Notes under the pieces: generated by a model
What the model was told of the DNA's origin: nothing
The model's input: the letters and a program-made list of their open reading frames with translations, nothing else
The model's database searches: none
Assembly (NCBI RefSeq): GCF_902713615.1
Contig: NC_052153.1
Span: 66,896,649 to 66,960,648, forward strand
Length of the DNA: 64,000 bases
DNA from: Scyliorhinus canicula
Lineage: Eukaryota
Direction of reading: 5' to 3'
Shown: piece after piece, positions 37,736-51,233 of the stretch
How positions within the stretch are numbered: the stretch's first letter is position 1
How the letters are laid out: every line of letters starts with the position of its first letter
Made by a program: the position numbers and the translations under genes

Positions 37736-39520
37736 GCTAATATCGCTATGGCCAGGAAGTGGCTCAAGAGATTGGGATGCTGGCCCACCAGCTTAGGAAA
37801 CAGGAGGTGGCGAGGGGGCTTGGTTGAGTAAAGGACGGGATGGGGAGGGTGGTGCTGGACTCAGTGGGGTAAATGGGGTGTTTGAAGAATTTTACAGGAG
37901 GTTTTGTTGTACGCGGACGACCTACTGTTATATATTCCGGACCCATTGAGCGGCATTATGGGAATTTTGGAGGAGATCGGTCGGTTCTCTGGGTACATGT
38001 TGAGCATGGGAAAGAGCAAAGTGTTCCCAATTGAGACCAGAGGCCAGGAGAGGAGGTTGGGAGATCTGTCGTTTAAGGTGGTGGGGGCGAGCTTAAGATA
38101 CTTGGGCATCCAGGTGAAGTGGGATTGGGCGCAGATGAAGGAGGATTTTAAAAAGTGGGATGTGCTACCAATTTCAATGGCGGGATGAATGCAGACAGTG
38201 AAGTTGATGGTGCTGCCAAGGTTCATGTTTATATTTCAGAACTTCCCGATCTTTGTCCTGAAGTAATTCTTTAAGAAGTTAACGCGTCAATCTCAGGGTT
38301 TGTAAGAGCGGGGAAGACCCTGTTGGTCAGGAGGGCTTTATTGGATTGGGGGCGTGTGGGGGGGGGGGGGGGGGGGGGGGATGTTGGCGATGCCGAACAT
38401 AATGAATTACTACTGTTTGGCTAATATCGCTATGGCCAGGAAGTGGGTAGTGGGGTTGGTATAGGAGCAGATGGAGGCGGCTTCTTGTAGATGAGCAAGC
38501 TTAAGGGCACTGTTGACAGCGCCTTAGCCGTTCTTGCCGGCCAGGTACTTTGTGGGCCCAGTGGTGGTGTCGGCCTTGAGGGAATGGGAGCAGTGGAGGC
38601 AGCATTTGAGACTCGAGGGTGCCTCGGGGAATGGTTTTAGGTACTTCGTGAGGAGGGTGGTGCCTGCTTTCTCCCGGGTTGCTGCCCTTGGGGCTGCAGG
38701 GTAAAGCGTTCTTGAAGGAAGTGGTAGGGGAGGGGAAGGTGTCCAAGGTTTACAAGAAACTAATAGACTGGTAGGGAGCCCTGATGGGAGACATTAAATG
38801 GAAGTGGGAGGAGGAGCTGGGGTGAGGTGGAGGCCAGGACATGGGAGGAGACTCTGCGGAGGGCAAATGCGCCCTCATTGTGTGCAAGGCTCAGTCTTAT
38901 TCAGTTTAAATTAGTCCACAGGGGGCATATGGCGGTGGCAAGGATGTGTGGGTTCTTTGAGGCAGTAGAGGATAGGTATGGGTGGTATGGGAGGCACATA
39001 AAACATGTTCATATGTTCTAGGAATGTCCGAAACTGATGGGTTCTGGCAGGGGTTTGCGGATGTCATGTCCGAAGCGGGTGAAGCTGGCCCGGAGTCCAG
39101 AGGTAGCGATATTTGGATTGTCGGAAGACCCGGGAATCCAGGGGGCGAGAGAGGCCGATGTCTTGGCCTTTGCCTCCCTGATAGCCTGGAGACAGATTTT
39201 GCTTGGGTGAAGGCAGGGTTGTGGGTGAGTGACATGGTAGAATTCCTGAGGTTAGCGAAGGTCACGTTCGTCTTGATGGGGTCGATCAATGGGTTCGCTC
39301 GGAGGTGGAAGCCGTTGATTGACTTCTTTAAGGAGAATTGTGATATCAGCAGAGGGGGAGGGGTGTTAAGGGGGTTAAAAAGGCGGAAGGCAGGATGGGA
39401 GGAGGGGGTGAGACAGGGGGGGAAGTGGGTGTTGGTTATTTATTATGTTGTACAATTTTATTTTTGCTCTTATCTGTTCTGTTTACTGTTTGCTTATACA
39501 AATGCCTGAATAAAATATGT
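37736..39520 (+). mobile_element. L1-clade LINE ORF2 fragment
   Basis: LYADDLLLY...RYLGI (ORF 37904-38188), LIQFKLVHR, AATAAA near 39508. Confidence 0.8.
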
Positions 39521-39676
39521 TTAACAAACAGTGTCTATCCTGGGGTAAATTTCTGGACAAGATCAAGGCACTTAGCCCAGGTTTACATCCATGGAAGCGT
39601 TCGGACAGAGTCTCTCTACCCTCAGAAATGTGAAATTCCCAAGTAGGTATCGTGCATGTGCACACATTGGAACTCC

Positions 39677-39983
39677 ATAGAATTACCACAGTGGAGCAGG
39701 AGGCCATTTGACCCATCGAGTCTGCATCCACCCTCTGAAAGAGCACCCTACCTATCCTCGTAACCCATTAACTCCACCTAACCGTTTGGACACCAAGGGA
39801 CAATTTAGCATGGCCAGTCCACCTAACCTGCACATCTTTGGACTGTGGGAGCACCCGGTGGAAACCCACGCAGAGACGGGGAGAATGTACAAACTCCACA
39901 CAGGCAGTCACCTAAAGTCAGAATTGAACCCAGGTTCCTGGGGCTGTGAGGCAGCAGTGCTAACCACTGTGCCACCGTGCCGC
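39677..39983 (-). mobile_element. HE1-type tRNA SINE
   Basis: Reverse complement GGCGGCACGGTGGCACAGTGGTTAGCACTGCTGCCTCACAG...; CR1-like 3' tail. Confidence 0.85.
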
Positions 39984-40225
39984 CATCTGGGCCCTGTTGC
40001 TCAACAGCCGCAAACATCTGAATGTTCTCTGCTAATTCAATCGGAGGATTTTGGCAATAATAATTGCTGTTTGTAGGAACAAACATGGAAGAAACCCCAG
40101 ACTCCATTGTTTACTGAAAAAACCCAGGAAGTTCTGCCTGCTGCTTCAATTAACAACATTAAGCTGTTCTAAACATCCATATAAAATGCCTGTAGAATCC
40201 GAATAGAGCGATCATGCAGAACAAA

Positions 40226-40451
40226 TGGTGGGATGCAAAATAAAGGTTTATTGAAGGTACACATAGAGACTACTCCATTCCCAGAAGTGCCTCCCACCTC
40301 GGCCTGCACTCAGGTTGGAGTTTTTATACTATGTGGGCTCCCCTTGTTAAAGGGGAAGCCCCGCCCTATTACCGGGGAAGTTTGTATTCAGTAGAGGTCA
40401 CGGAGAATCAGATGGTCCACACCCCGTGACCCCCCGTGGGGGGTTGTAGCA
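40226..40451 (-). repeat. Probable short solo LTR
   Basis: TG...CA ends; minus-strand TATAAAA (~40325) upstream of AATAAA (~40250); no clean TSD. Confidence 0.45.
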
Positions 40452-41035
40452 ATGCCCATCTCAGGATGACAAAGATTTTTGTCGGCACACATCCGGTGGT
40501 TATCTCGGGTCATGTGCAACATTTGAAACATCCTGGAACAGGGCAGTATGATGGTACCACTGTCGACATCCTTTCCTATAACATTACCATTGAAATGAGA
40601 GCCCGCAGCCAGAAGCTGATGATAACTGTTTAATATTCACAAGGCATTACAAATCCAGGCTTGTTTTCATCTTCATGACAATGGACAGTGTGCTAAGACT
40701 TCCTATTTACCCACATTGTCCTCAACTATATTTGATTTTAATCCAAAAATTGGCGACTTAAGATAAAAGAAGGTCTGTGACAACGAGATGTTAGTGTTGA
40801 TTATACCAATTATGACTCTTTAGTGATGGGAATTACAGATAGGAGCAAGTGATGAATTCACCATTTCAGAATGTTTCATAGTTCATAGTTACTTGCTTAC
40901 AATGCAACAAAAAGTGAAAGTTAGGTGGCATCAGCACTATTTATTGATTATTTCATACTTGTTAATATCAAATACAGATAATGCCCATGTGAGATTTTCT
41001 GCAGAATTTAAAATCATATTAAAAATAAAAGCGAG

Positions 41036-41260
41036 GGGGAGCACGGTGGCGCAGTGGGTTAGCACTGCGGCCTCACGGCGCTGAGGTCCCAGGTTCGATC
41101 CCGGCTCTGGGTCACTGTCCGTGTGGAGTTTGCACATTCTCCCCGTGTTTGCGTGGGTTTCACCCCCACAACCCAAAAAAGTGCAAGCTAGGTGGATTGG
41201 CTACTCTAAATTGCCCCTTAATTGGGAAAATGATTGGGTACACTAAATTTATATTTAAAA
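41036..41260 (+). mobile_element. HE1-related SINE with 15-bp TSD
   Basis: A/B boxes (TGGCGCAGTGG, GGTTCGATCCC); TSD AAAAATAAAAGCGAG at 41021-35 and 41261-75. Confidence 0.9.
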
Positions 41261-41289
41261 AAAAATAAAAGCGAGCAGTAAAAGTTCCC

Positions 41290-44200
41290 TAGCTACCAAC
41301 TTCATCCTTCTCCCTGGCAGTGTGAGATTAAGCCAGTCTGTTCACAACATTGGTGTTGTATTTGACCTTAGGTAAGCTTTCAACTTCACATTCATGCCAC
41401 CTCTGAGGTCTATTTCCACCTAAAGCCTTTGCCGAATTTAGTCCCTGTCTCAGCTCACCTAGTCTCCTGCCCTAACAGCACTATGACTGCAGCTGTTCAA
41501 GAAGGCATCTCACCACCACCTTCACAAGGCCAATTCAGGATGGCAATAAATATGGGCCCAGCCTGCGATGCCCACATCCCTTGAATGAATTAAAATCAAA
41601 ATCTACTGCTGAAACTCTCATTCAAGCCTTTGGTATCTCTAGGATTGTCTTAGATTCTATAATTCCATGATTCTATGATCCACTCCTTTCTCCCTCAAAC
41701 TCAGTGTGAAATTCAACAATTCCAATACAATTCTGTCTGGTCTCCAACCTTCTATCCTCCGTAAACTTATGGTCATCCAAAGCCCTTACTCACAGCAAGT
41801 CCCATTTCGCTATCACTCCTGCATCCACTGAGCTACATTGGCACCTGATCCAGTAACAGCTTGATTTTAAAATTCTCGTCCTTGTTTTTAATCCCTCCAC
41901 GTCTTTAAACGTAACTCTTTGACTATGCTTTTGGTCGTCTGAACTAATATGATTGGAACAGTTCCTTAGTTCAGCATCAACCAGACAGCAAGTTTTACTA
42001 GATCTGCTCATGTGCAATGAGACAAGATTAACTAATATCCTCATAGCGAAGATGCCTTCGATAGCACTGATCATAATGTGATTGAATTTCACACTGAGTT
42101 TGAGGGAGAAAGGAGTGGATCATAGAATCATGGAATTACAGAATCTAAGACTATCCTAGTCTTAAAACTAATCTCTTAAACTTAAATAAAGGCAATTATG
42201 GGGTCATGAAGACAGAGCTGGCTAAAATGAACTGGGAAAATAGGTTAAGGGATAAGTCAGTGGAAATGCATTAGCAGATGTTTAAGAATGTATTTCAGAT
42301 TATTCAAGAAAATGCACACCAGTGAGAAAGAAAGTCTTTAAGGGAAGGATGCAGCATCTGTGGCTGACAAAATAAGTTAAAAGTAGCGGATGGGATTCTC
42401 TGGTCCCCAGCCGGGTGTTTCTCAGCAGCGCCGTTCGCTGGTGGTGGGATTCTTTCTTCCTGCTACTTGTTAATGGGACTTCCCATTGTGTTGGGATCTC
42501 TACTATTTACAATTCATATCAATGATTTAGATGAAGGGACTGAATGTACGGTTGCTAAATTTGCTGATGACATACAGATTGGTCGGAAAATAAGTTGTGA
42601 AAATCATATAAGGAGTCTGCAAATGGAATGATAGGTTAACTAACTGGACAAGAATTTGGCCGATGGAGTGTGGCAGATGGAGTGGGGAAGTATAAACTTG
42701 CCCACTTTAACCTGGAGTTGCAACACATTCGAAATTAATAAATGATTCTTAAAAACGCACCCAAAGTCTTTGGGCCTTGGCTGCCCAATAACTACTGTCA
42801 CCAGGTTTGTAAATGTAATTATTCATTAAATTAATTAATAATGCAATTATTTTTATTAATATTAATAACAATAATTAAATATGCAGCAAATACAACTGGT
42901 TAACTATTACCTAATTCCTAACTCTCACTTTAAATTGTCCACCCCCCTTTATACACACACAAGACAGACAAACACAGAGTGGAAGAGGAGTGTAAAAAAG
43001 TATAATAAGTAAAAGGATAAGAGTCTTTGTTTCAGATGGTTGTCTTCTGGCACATCTGTCTTCAATATCCTTTCAGTTTGAGGTGTCTGCTTTCATTCTG
43101 TAATGGTTTTCACTGTAGTCTCATTCAGGTCTCAGCAGTCAGTTTTAAACACACAGCAACTCTTCTGGAGACAAGAGAGAGGAGAGGGAGAGCAGCTTCA
43201 TTTCTCTGAGCATGCAGGACCCCACTGTCCTTCCCTTGGTTCTCTGAAAATCACCCCACTCAGGTAGGATTCAATCACCACCTGTTACCTGGCAGAATAC
43301 GGCCTTTTGGCCAATTCATTGACCACCAGCCAACTAGCTGAACCGAGTACCACCGATCCCCCGCGTGCTAAAAAGCCTGAATTCTGCTGTTCAAAAACTA
43401 GCACCATGTACTATGTTGTAACTTTCTGAGCTCCGCATTTCCTCTGCTTGACTTAAAGCAAATCATCCATGAATCAAAATGATAACAGCAAAATAAAACA
43501 TGGGGAAATAAGGAAATCAACAGGAAGGATCCTAACACAGGAAGAATAGAAATACATCATATTTATTAATTAAAGAGAGATTGCAGAACTCTGAAGTGCA
43601 GAGAAATCTGGGTGACCCCGGTAAAAGATCAGGAAAAAGTAGAATTCTGGAACAGCAAGTGAGTAGGAAGGCAAATAGAATGTTGCCATATATTGCAAGG
43701 GCAATGGAATATCAAACAAGGGATATATTGCTACAGTTGTACAGGGTGCAGGTAAGGCCAGATCAAGAGACCTGTGTACAATGTTAACTTTCTTTTTTAA
43801 TAATAATAATAACCTTTTATTATCACAAGTATGAAGTTACTGTGAAATGCCCCTAGTCACTACATTCCAGCACCTGTTTGGGTAAGCTGCTATGGGAATT
43901 GAACCCACGCTGCTGGCCTTGTTCTGAATCACAGACCAGCTGTCTAGCCCACTGAGCTAAACAAGCCCCTAAGAAAGGCCATAAATACTTTAGAAGAAGT
44001 TCAGAGAAGGTTCTGGGATGTGAGCAGTTACCTTACAGGGAAAGGTTGGACAGACTGCATCCATTTAGAAGATTGAGAGGTGATGATCGCATTGGAATAT
44101 ATATGATCCTCACTTGACAGGATGATTAATGTTAGAGATAGAAGATTTTTTCCCCCCCTCAGCCGGTCATGAATCTTTGGAATTCTCTTCCCCAGAAAGT

Positions 44201-44400
44201 AGTGGAGGGAGGGTCAATGAATATCTTTAAGGCAGAGGTAGGTAGATTCTTGACGAACAAGGGAGTCAAAGATAATCGGGCATAGATAGAATATGGAGTT
44301 GAGGGCACAATCAGATCTGCCATGATTTTGTTGAATGGCGGAGCAAGCTCTATGGACCACATGGCCTACTCCAGCTCTTAATTAGTATGTCAATGCGTAT
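41290..44400 (+). mobile_element. Cluster of L2 and CR1 fragments with a probable solo LTR (~42716-43537) and a SINE (43797-43969)
   Basis: CR1 motifs (INDLDEG...KFADDI ~42520; LLQLYRVQVRP ~43730); the LTR-like insert ends ...CCTAACA and splits the CR1. Confidence 0.6.
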
Positions 44401-45012
44401 GTAATATCCCTTTATATGGCTTGGTGTCATACCTTGCTTTATAATACTTCTGCGAAGCACCTTGGGATGTTTCAATATGTTTAAAGTTGTAATGTAAATA
44501 TAAGTTGTTCAGTTTCAACATATTGCCACATAGTATAGAATCAAGGGGCCATCTTGATTAGATTTTTTGAGTTTGTGTTCAAGCTACATTATAACTGTTC
44601 TAATGGAATATTGCAATATTAAGTGCATTGCAATTTGAGTTAGAATGTTTACAATGACTATTTCACTGTCCAGCTTTATGTTTCTCAGGAGAGCCAGTTT
44701 TAAAACAAAGAAATAGACTGGCCTTCAAATATCACTGACACCACATCACCTGATGAGCTGTGATAGCACCTTGCACACCTTCAAAGATTCTGCACAGACA
44801 CCCCACATCTGAGTCGTTTGCAAACTTTGATATTTGAAAAGGCTAGCTACAGCTAAGTAGATAATTCATCCATTATGGATGAAATGCACCCTAGGTTACT
44901 GAGTTAGGGTGGAAATTGCAGAGACTCAGGCCATTATTCCAAACCTCCTTGGATATGAGGGTGATGCCAGAGGACTGAGGAATTTCAAATGTTACACTTA
45001 TTTTAAAAAAAA

Positions 45013-45210
45013 CTTACAAGACCAGGTTAAAGTCCAACAGGTTTATTTGAAATCACTGGCTTTTGGAGCATGGCTCTTTCATCGGGTGAGTGGATGAAGG
45101 AGCTACACTCCAAAAGCTAGTGATTCCAAATAAACCTGTTGGACTTTAACCTGGTGTTGTAGGACTTCTTTCTGTGTCCACCCCAGTCCAACGCCAGCAT
45201 CTCCACATCA
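45013..45210. repeat. Penelope-derived palindromic terminal-repeat insertion
   Basis: Inverted arms CCAGGTTAAAGTCCAACAGGTTTATTTG / AAATAAACCTGTTGGACTTTAACCTGG; same family as 54659-54843. Confidence 0.75.
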
Positions 45211-45899
45211 TATTTTTTTTTAAAAGGAGAGTGGGATACATACACCCAGCAACTACAGGCCAAACTAATGTGGTTTGGAATTTCTTTCGAGGTGATAATC
45301 TGATACAAAATTAATTGGTATTTGAATATGTGTGAGCCATAAGTGAAAGTCAGCATGGATTTGGCGTCCCAGACAGGCGCCGAAATGTGGCGACTAGGGG
45401 CTTTTCACAGTAACTTCATTGAAGCCTACTCGTGACAATAAGCAATTTTCATTTTAAAGCCAAACTATTTGACTAACTTGATTAGTTCTTTGATGAAATA
45501 ACAGAGCATTGATAAGGATACTGTGGTTGGCATATATATAGACTTCCAAAAGGTGTTTGACAAGTAACGCATGATAGATTAGTTAGTAAAGATAAAGCTG
45601 CTGGGTTAGACGGTATAGTGGCAACATGAAGAGAAATCAGAGAGTGGACAGTTATTTTTCCGACTGGAAGGAGGTATGTAGAGGTGTTCCCCAGGGGTCG
45701 CTTCTCGGAATATGGCTCTTTTTGACATGGGTATACCAGACATAATTCCAAAGTTTGCAAATGACTCACATGTGGGGTGTCTGTGCAGAATCTTTGAAGG
45801 TGTGCGAAGTACTATGGCAGCTCATATTCATCAACATAACATTCTCCACCTCCCCCAAGCTCTGTTTCCACCGGCTCTGAACCCCTATCTCGGGACCAG

Positions 45900-46140
45900 A
45901 GTTACTGAGGGGCAGTTATCAAATGGTTCGGCAGGGGGCGGCCTTTCTCTTGTACCAATGGGCGCGTGCGCGTGGTGTGTGGGATGACGACACCGCAGAG
46001 CCGAGGCGCTCTGACTGTTACAATGAGGTTGCTTGGAGACGGCCCTGTATCAATAAACAAATGAGCAAGATGCTTGAGCGCTGCACTGATGTCTCCCCTT
46101 CCCAGTGTGAGCCGCTCAGCAGTAAAGTCCCGCTAAAGAG
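45900..46140 (+). promoter_or_regulatory. Putative promoter / 5' UTR of host gene
   Basis: Unique CpG-retaining stretch with GGGGCGG (GC box), CCAAT and GCGCGTGCGC (NRF1-like) within ~45935-45972, upstream of a strong-Kozak ATG. Confidence 0.55.
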
Positions 46141-46238
46141 ATGGGCCATGCAGCAAGTGCCAATGTTAAGATGATCTCGGTCAAGCCTGACGAGAACAAA
46201 CGTGTGTCGAACGCTGCCACCTTGCGAAAAGCGCTCAG
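46141..46238 (+). CDS. Coding exon 1 of a putative myristoylated coiled-coil protein (CCDC192-like, tentative)
   Basis: GAG-ATG-G with in-frame upstream TAA (46123); MGHAASANVKMISVKPDENKRVSNAATLRKAL; donor AG|GTATCG, phase 2. Confidence 0.65.
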
Positions 46239-46444
46239 GTATCGCATTCCCATTCCCATTTTCACCCTCAGTTAAGATCGAAAGACCAACGCTTTCGAAT
46301 GCCCTTCTGATGGGTGAACAACAGAAAGGTGGACGTGCCCGCTGGTCTATTCTGGCCTGAATTAGCATCTGATGTACTTTGTAAAATTGTTCTGTATTAC
46401 TGAATAATAATCGTTGGTAATTCATTTTACTTGCTTATTTGCAG

Positions 46445-46502
46445 AATAGCACAGGGTAACAACAACTGTGCAAAGGAAACTCCAAATTGCATTGACGACT
46501 TG
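46445..46502 (+). CDS. Coding exon 2 of same gene
   Basis: Acceptor TTGCTTATTTGCAG, donor TTG|GTGAGA; 58 nt restores phase 0; (R)IAQGNNNCAKETPNCIDDL. Confidence 0.65.
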
Positions 46503-46719
46503 GTGAGAATAAACTTATCAACATTTTTGTTAGTTGTTACAGATCAGTCTGTCCCAGAGCATAGTTTTTATAGAATAAAGTGCACATATGCTGGTTTCAC
46601 CTAATGTTGAGGCAAAAATAAGCAACACTGTATTTATACAGAAGTTTTCATGTAGTTAAACATCCCAAAGGGCTTAGCAAAGGTATTAGCAATCAGAAAA
46701 ATTACACTGAGCCACAGAC

Positions 46720-46978
46720 TTGGCAGCACAGTAGCACTGCTGCTTCACAGTGCCAGTTCTATACCCAGCTTGGGTCACTGTCTGAGCGGAGTCTGCACAT
46801 TCTCCCAGAAGTTTCCTCTCACAAGTCCCAAAAGATGTGCTTGTTAGATGAATTGGACATTCTGAATTCTCCCTCTGTGTACCCGAACCCTAGGAGTGTG
46901 GCGCCTAGGGAATTTTCACAGTAACTTCATTGCGATGTTAATGAAAGCCTACTTGTGACAATAAAGCTTATTATTATT
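46720..46978 (+). mobile_element. tRNA SINE (HE1-like head, TTA tail)
   Basis: Similar to 55650-55960 in opposite orientation. Confidence 0.7.
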
Positions 46979-47002
46979 AGGAGGAAATTCCAGGACAGAT
47001 TA

Positions 47003-48400
47003 GAACTATAGAAAAGTTACAGCATGGAAAGAGTCCACTCAGCCCATGGTATCTGCACTGCTGAAAAAAACTAGCCGCCCATTCTGATTTTCACAATAAC
47101 TTCACTGCAGTGTTAATGTAAGTCTATTTGTGGCACTAATAAATATTATAATCCATCTGCCAGCACCCAATCAGTAGCCTTGCAGATTACAGCACTTCAG
47201 GTGTATATCCAGGTACTTTTAAAACGAGCTGAGGTTTTCGACCTCGGACACCAAAATGGCAGTGAATTCCAGACTCCTGCCACCCTCTGGGTGAACAAGT
47301 TTTTCCTAATAGCTCCTCTAATCCTTGTAGCAATCACCTTAAACCTGTATGCCTGGTACCTCTCCTGTAGGAGCAACAAATCTTCCCTACCTACTCTATC
47401 TAGGTACCTCATAATTTTGTACACCTCAATCAAATCACCCCTCAGCCTCCTCTGTTCTAAGGAAGATGATCCGAGTATACTTAATCTTTCCTCATAACTG
47501 CAATTACGCAGTCCTGCCAACATTCCCGAAAATCTCCTTTGCACTCTCTCTAGAGCATTTCTGTGCTTTCTGTGAACTCATGACCAGAACTATATGCAAA
47601 ACTCCAGCTGTGACTTAACCAGCTTTTTATACAATTCCTGCATTGCACCCCTGCTTTTGTATTCTATATCTTGTATTGTAAAGAAAATATTCCATATGCT
47701 TTCTTTACCACCTTATTTACCTATCCTGTCACCTTCAGGGACCAATGGACATGCACTCCAAGGTCTATCACTTCCTCTGTCCCCCTCAATATCCTCCCAT
47801 TTATTGCATATTTCCTTGCTTTGTTTGCCCTGCCAAAAATGCGTTTCCTCACATTTCTCTAGATTGAATTCCACTTGTCACTTTTCCACCTACTCAACCA
47901 AGCCATTGATATCATTCTGGAGTCCACAGCTATCCTCTTTATAGTCAACTACACAGCCTATCTTTGTATCATTTGCAAATTTCCCAATCATACCTATCAC
48001 TTTAAGTCTAAATCATTAATATGTACAACAAGCAACAAGGGACCCAACACTGAGCTCTGCTTTCCATTCACTATAACATCCGTTGGTCATTACCTTTTGT
48101 TTCCTGTCACTAAGCCAATTTTGGATCCAACCTGTCACATGCATCCCATGAGCGTTGACTTTTCTGTGCAGTTTGACATGTGGAACCTTGTCAAATGCCT
48201 TGCTTAAATCCATGTAGACCACACCCACTGCACTACCCTCATCAATCCTCAAAAAAATTCAATTTAGTAAGGCGAGACTTTTCCTTAACAAAATCCCTAA
48301 TTAATCCTTGACCTTTTAAGTGACAGTTTATCCTGGCTCTCAGAATTGATTCTCATCATTTGCCCACCATGAAAGTCATGCTGACCAGTATAGAATTATT
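47003..48400 (-). mobile_element. CR1 LINE fragment
   Basis: ORFs 48016-48252 (VYMDLSKAFDKVPH) and 47197-47544 (RRLRGDLIEVYKI). Confidence 0.85.
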
Positions 48401-48449
48401 TGCCATATCCCTTGTTAAACAATGGTACAACGGGTGTGATTTTAACAAA

Positions 48450-50716
48450 TATATTTTTTTAATAGATCTTTCCATTTTTTTTTACAAATAATGCAACAGA
48501 AAAAGTAAAAGATATGCAATAAGCAATGCAAAACAAGGACAGTACAGAAGAAGAATTATTGCAAGTATAGGAACAGACAAAACAGGATAAGTTTAGAACA
48601 ATATGCTTAAGGAACTAGTGGCTCCAATTTTAATGTTGGACCCATCCAAAACAGGTTAATAACGGATTACAAGTTGAGGGGGGAATAAGGATAAGGCTTT
48701 ATAACTATGAAAGGATAACTGTTCAGGGTGCATACTTTCATGTATTGCGAGGGCAAGGCATACAATTCCACATACTATACAATATGGCATATGGAAAGCC
48801 CATCAGGAGCAAGTCAGACAAGGTGGAGCCTATAAATTGAAGATAGGAGTCTCACATTCTACGGAATGTATCAAATTCAGAATGGATCACAGATGTCAGG
48901 AATTCCATAGGAATGTATTCCATAATTCATTTATGACAGTTTTAAATTGAAGGATATTTGTCACAAATCCAGGAGCATGGGATATTTTTCAAGCTGCAAA
49001 AGTCAGTCTCTTTTGATTAGTATCAATAATTCTCCCATCTGGGAGATCCAGAATTAGGAAGAAAGGATTAAAATCTAAGGCTCTGTCAAATATCTTCTCC
49101 AGCTCTGTGACTACACCAGGATTGAATCTTAACACAGGACCATATGCAAATGTATATAATCACCCTTGACTACCAGGTACTTTCGACACATTGGGGTCTT
49201 TCAGTCTCAAACCTGTGTCTAAGACGAAGCATAACATGTTAGCAGTACAGTATCTTAAATTAAGTTCCTTCACCTTATTATAAACCGAGAGTTTACTGGC
49301 ATAATCCCATATACTACCCTATGTTTCCTCATCGATGGTAGCTCTCTAGTCTTTTTTTCAAGACTGCAGGGTACACAGTGTAGGATCTAGAATTCAGGGT
49401 ATCGTAAAACTGATTAGCTGTTTAAAGCTCCACAGAACTCAAGAATATTTTCCGCCGGGGAAATAGAGAGTCAAGATGTAAAGTCCTCTTATTAAGGATA
49501 AAGTCTCTAAATTATAAATACTTAAAAAAGGAGCATCTCAGGATGTCACATTGTCAGCATAGTTTCTGAACGGATGATAAGGAAGCATCTCTGAACATGC
49601 CTCCCAACTTGCAAATGCCTCTATCCCTCTATGTTTGAATCCATGGTCCATAAGACCCGGTGGGAAGTCTGGGCCTTGGATAGGAGAGAAATTGGAAGTC
49701 AGTTTAGCTCTCCCTTCTAATTGACAGACCAATCTCCATACTGTAAGAGTACTGATAATAGTAGGATTATCACATTTACCAGTCCCAGCCTTAATGTCTC
49801 CATGAAAGAACAAAACCTGCAGAGGATAAGCCGACCTGCTTCAATGTCGAGTCAAATGTAGGCAGTGTCCTTCCTGGCTTATGAGCCTGAGGTGAGAAGC
49901 CAGCTGATGCAGCTTAATGTTTGGGGCCCGGGCCCAGCCCTCCCTTAGCCCCCGGGAGCTGGAGCGTAATAAATTTAAGGCGGGGCTTCTTCCTATTCCA
50001 GATAAACAAACTAATCGCTCCATTGATTTCCTTTCAAATTAAAATTCTAGCTGAAAACTTGTTGGCAATATCTTTTTGGGGTATAACAATCCATGCAACG
50101 TATTCATTTTAATTAAGGCAATCCTGTCCAGCTACAAAATCGGCAGGGATGACAAGCCAAGTCCCGCCGAATGGAAGCAATCAACTGAGGGAAATTGGCC
50201 GCATGAATTACCTAAAACAAAGGGTAATCATGCCACTCGGGTACTTAAATCCAATGGGGACCATGTAAAAGGAAAGGTAGTGGGGGGGGGGGGGGGGGGG
50301 GGAGTCTACCCCACAGCTTTCCCGCCGGCATGACCTCCCGACTTTGCAAGATTGATTTTTTTAACCAGAGAAAGCACTAAACCTATCTATCACACTAATG
50401 ATAGCAAGAACCGCGACTTCTGGCTTCAAAGCAAATAGCAGTATGTTGTTCACATAGAGCTTAATCTTGTGGTGCTTATCTAGCCCAGTTATTAGGGGTT
50501 CCTACTTAATAGCCTTCACCAAAGTATCTATAGCCAGTGCTAATAACAAGGAGGAGAGGGGGCAGCCCTGCCTGGCCCCCCTCTGGAGCTCAACATTCTC
50601 AGACCCAAAGTCATTTATGAGCACCGCCATTATAGGTCTATGATACAACACCTAAATCCATTTAACATATCCTCACGTAGCCCAAATCTCTGCAAAGTGT
50701 ACACCAAATAATTCCA
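48450..50716 (-). mobile_element. Decayed L1-clade LINE
   Basis: Minus strand RGARQGCPLSSLLLALA near 50560; poly-T (minus-strand A tail) near 48470. Confidence 0.7.
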
Positions 50717-51233
50717 TGGGTGCAATTTTGTGCCCGTGTTAGCCATCAACGTGAACGGTGATGCTGACCCAAAATTGTGCAAGAGTAGGAAAGCGAGATT
50801 CTCACCAGCAAGATCTCGTTTTCCAATTTTCCACGCCTCTTGCCAGTGAAGCAGTGATGTTCCCGCCCAGACCATTTCAATAAATTTAAATAAATTTAAA
50901 TATAATTAAAGGATTTTCCTTCAATATGGATTAGATTGGATTGGATTGGATTTCATTGGATTTGTACTGAGGTGTAGTAAAAAGTATTGTTCTGCGTGCA
51001 GTCCTTTACTGAATATTCATGTCACACCAGCGAAGTTTTTAAAAGCTTGAAGCCACCTAGGGGAACCTGCCTGGAGCGCCAAAGTAAGTAAAATCCTCAG
51101 GGAGAAAAGGATATGCCATGGCACTGCCTCTGGCACCGGGCAGTGCTGACATGGCAGTGCCAACCTGGCAGTGCTATGGTGGCAGTGATAGGATGGCACT
51201 GCCGGAGTGAGACCTCTGGGGAGACCCATTGTG

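Noticed and set aside
46018-46425. 135-aa minus-strand ORF over the promoter/exon 1
   Set aside because: No motifs; the plus-strand spliced model has better Kozak and splice support.
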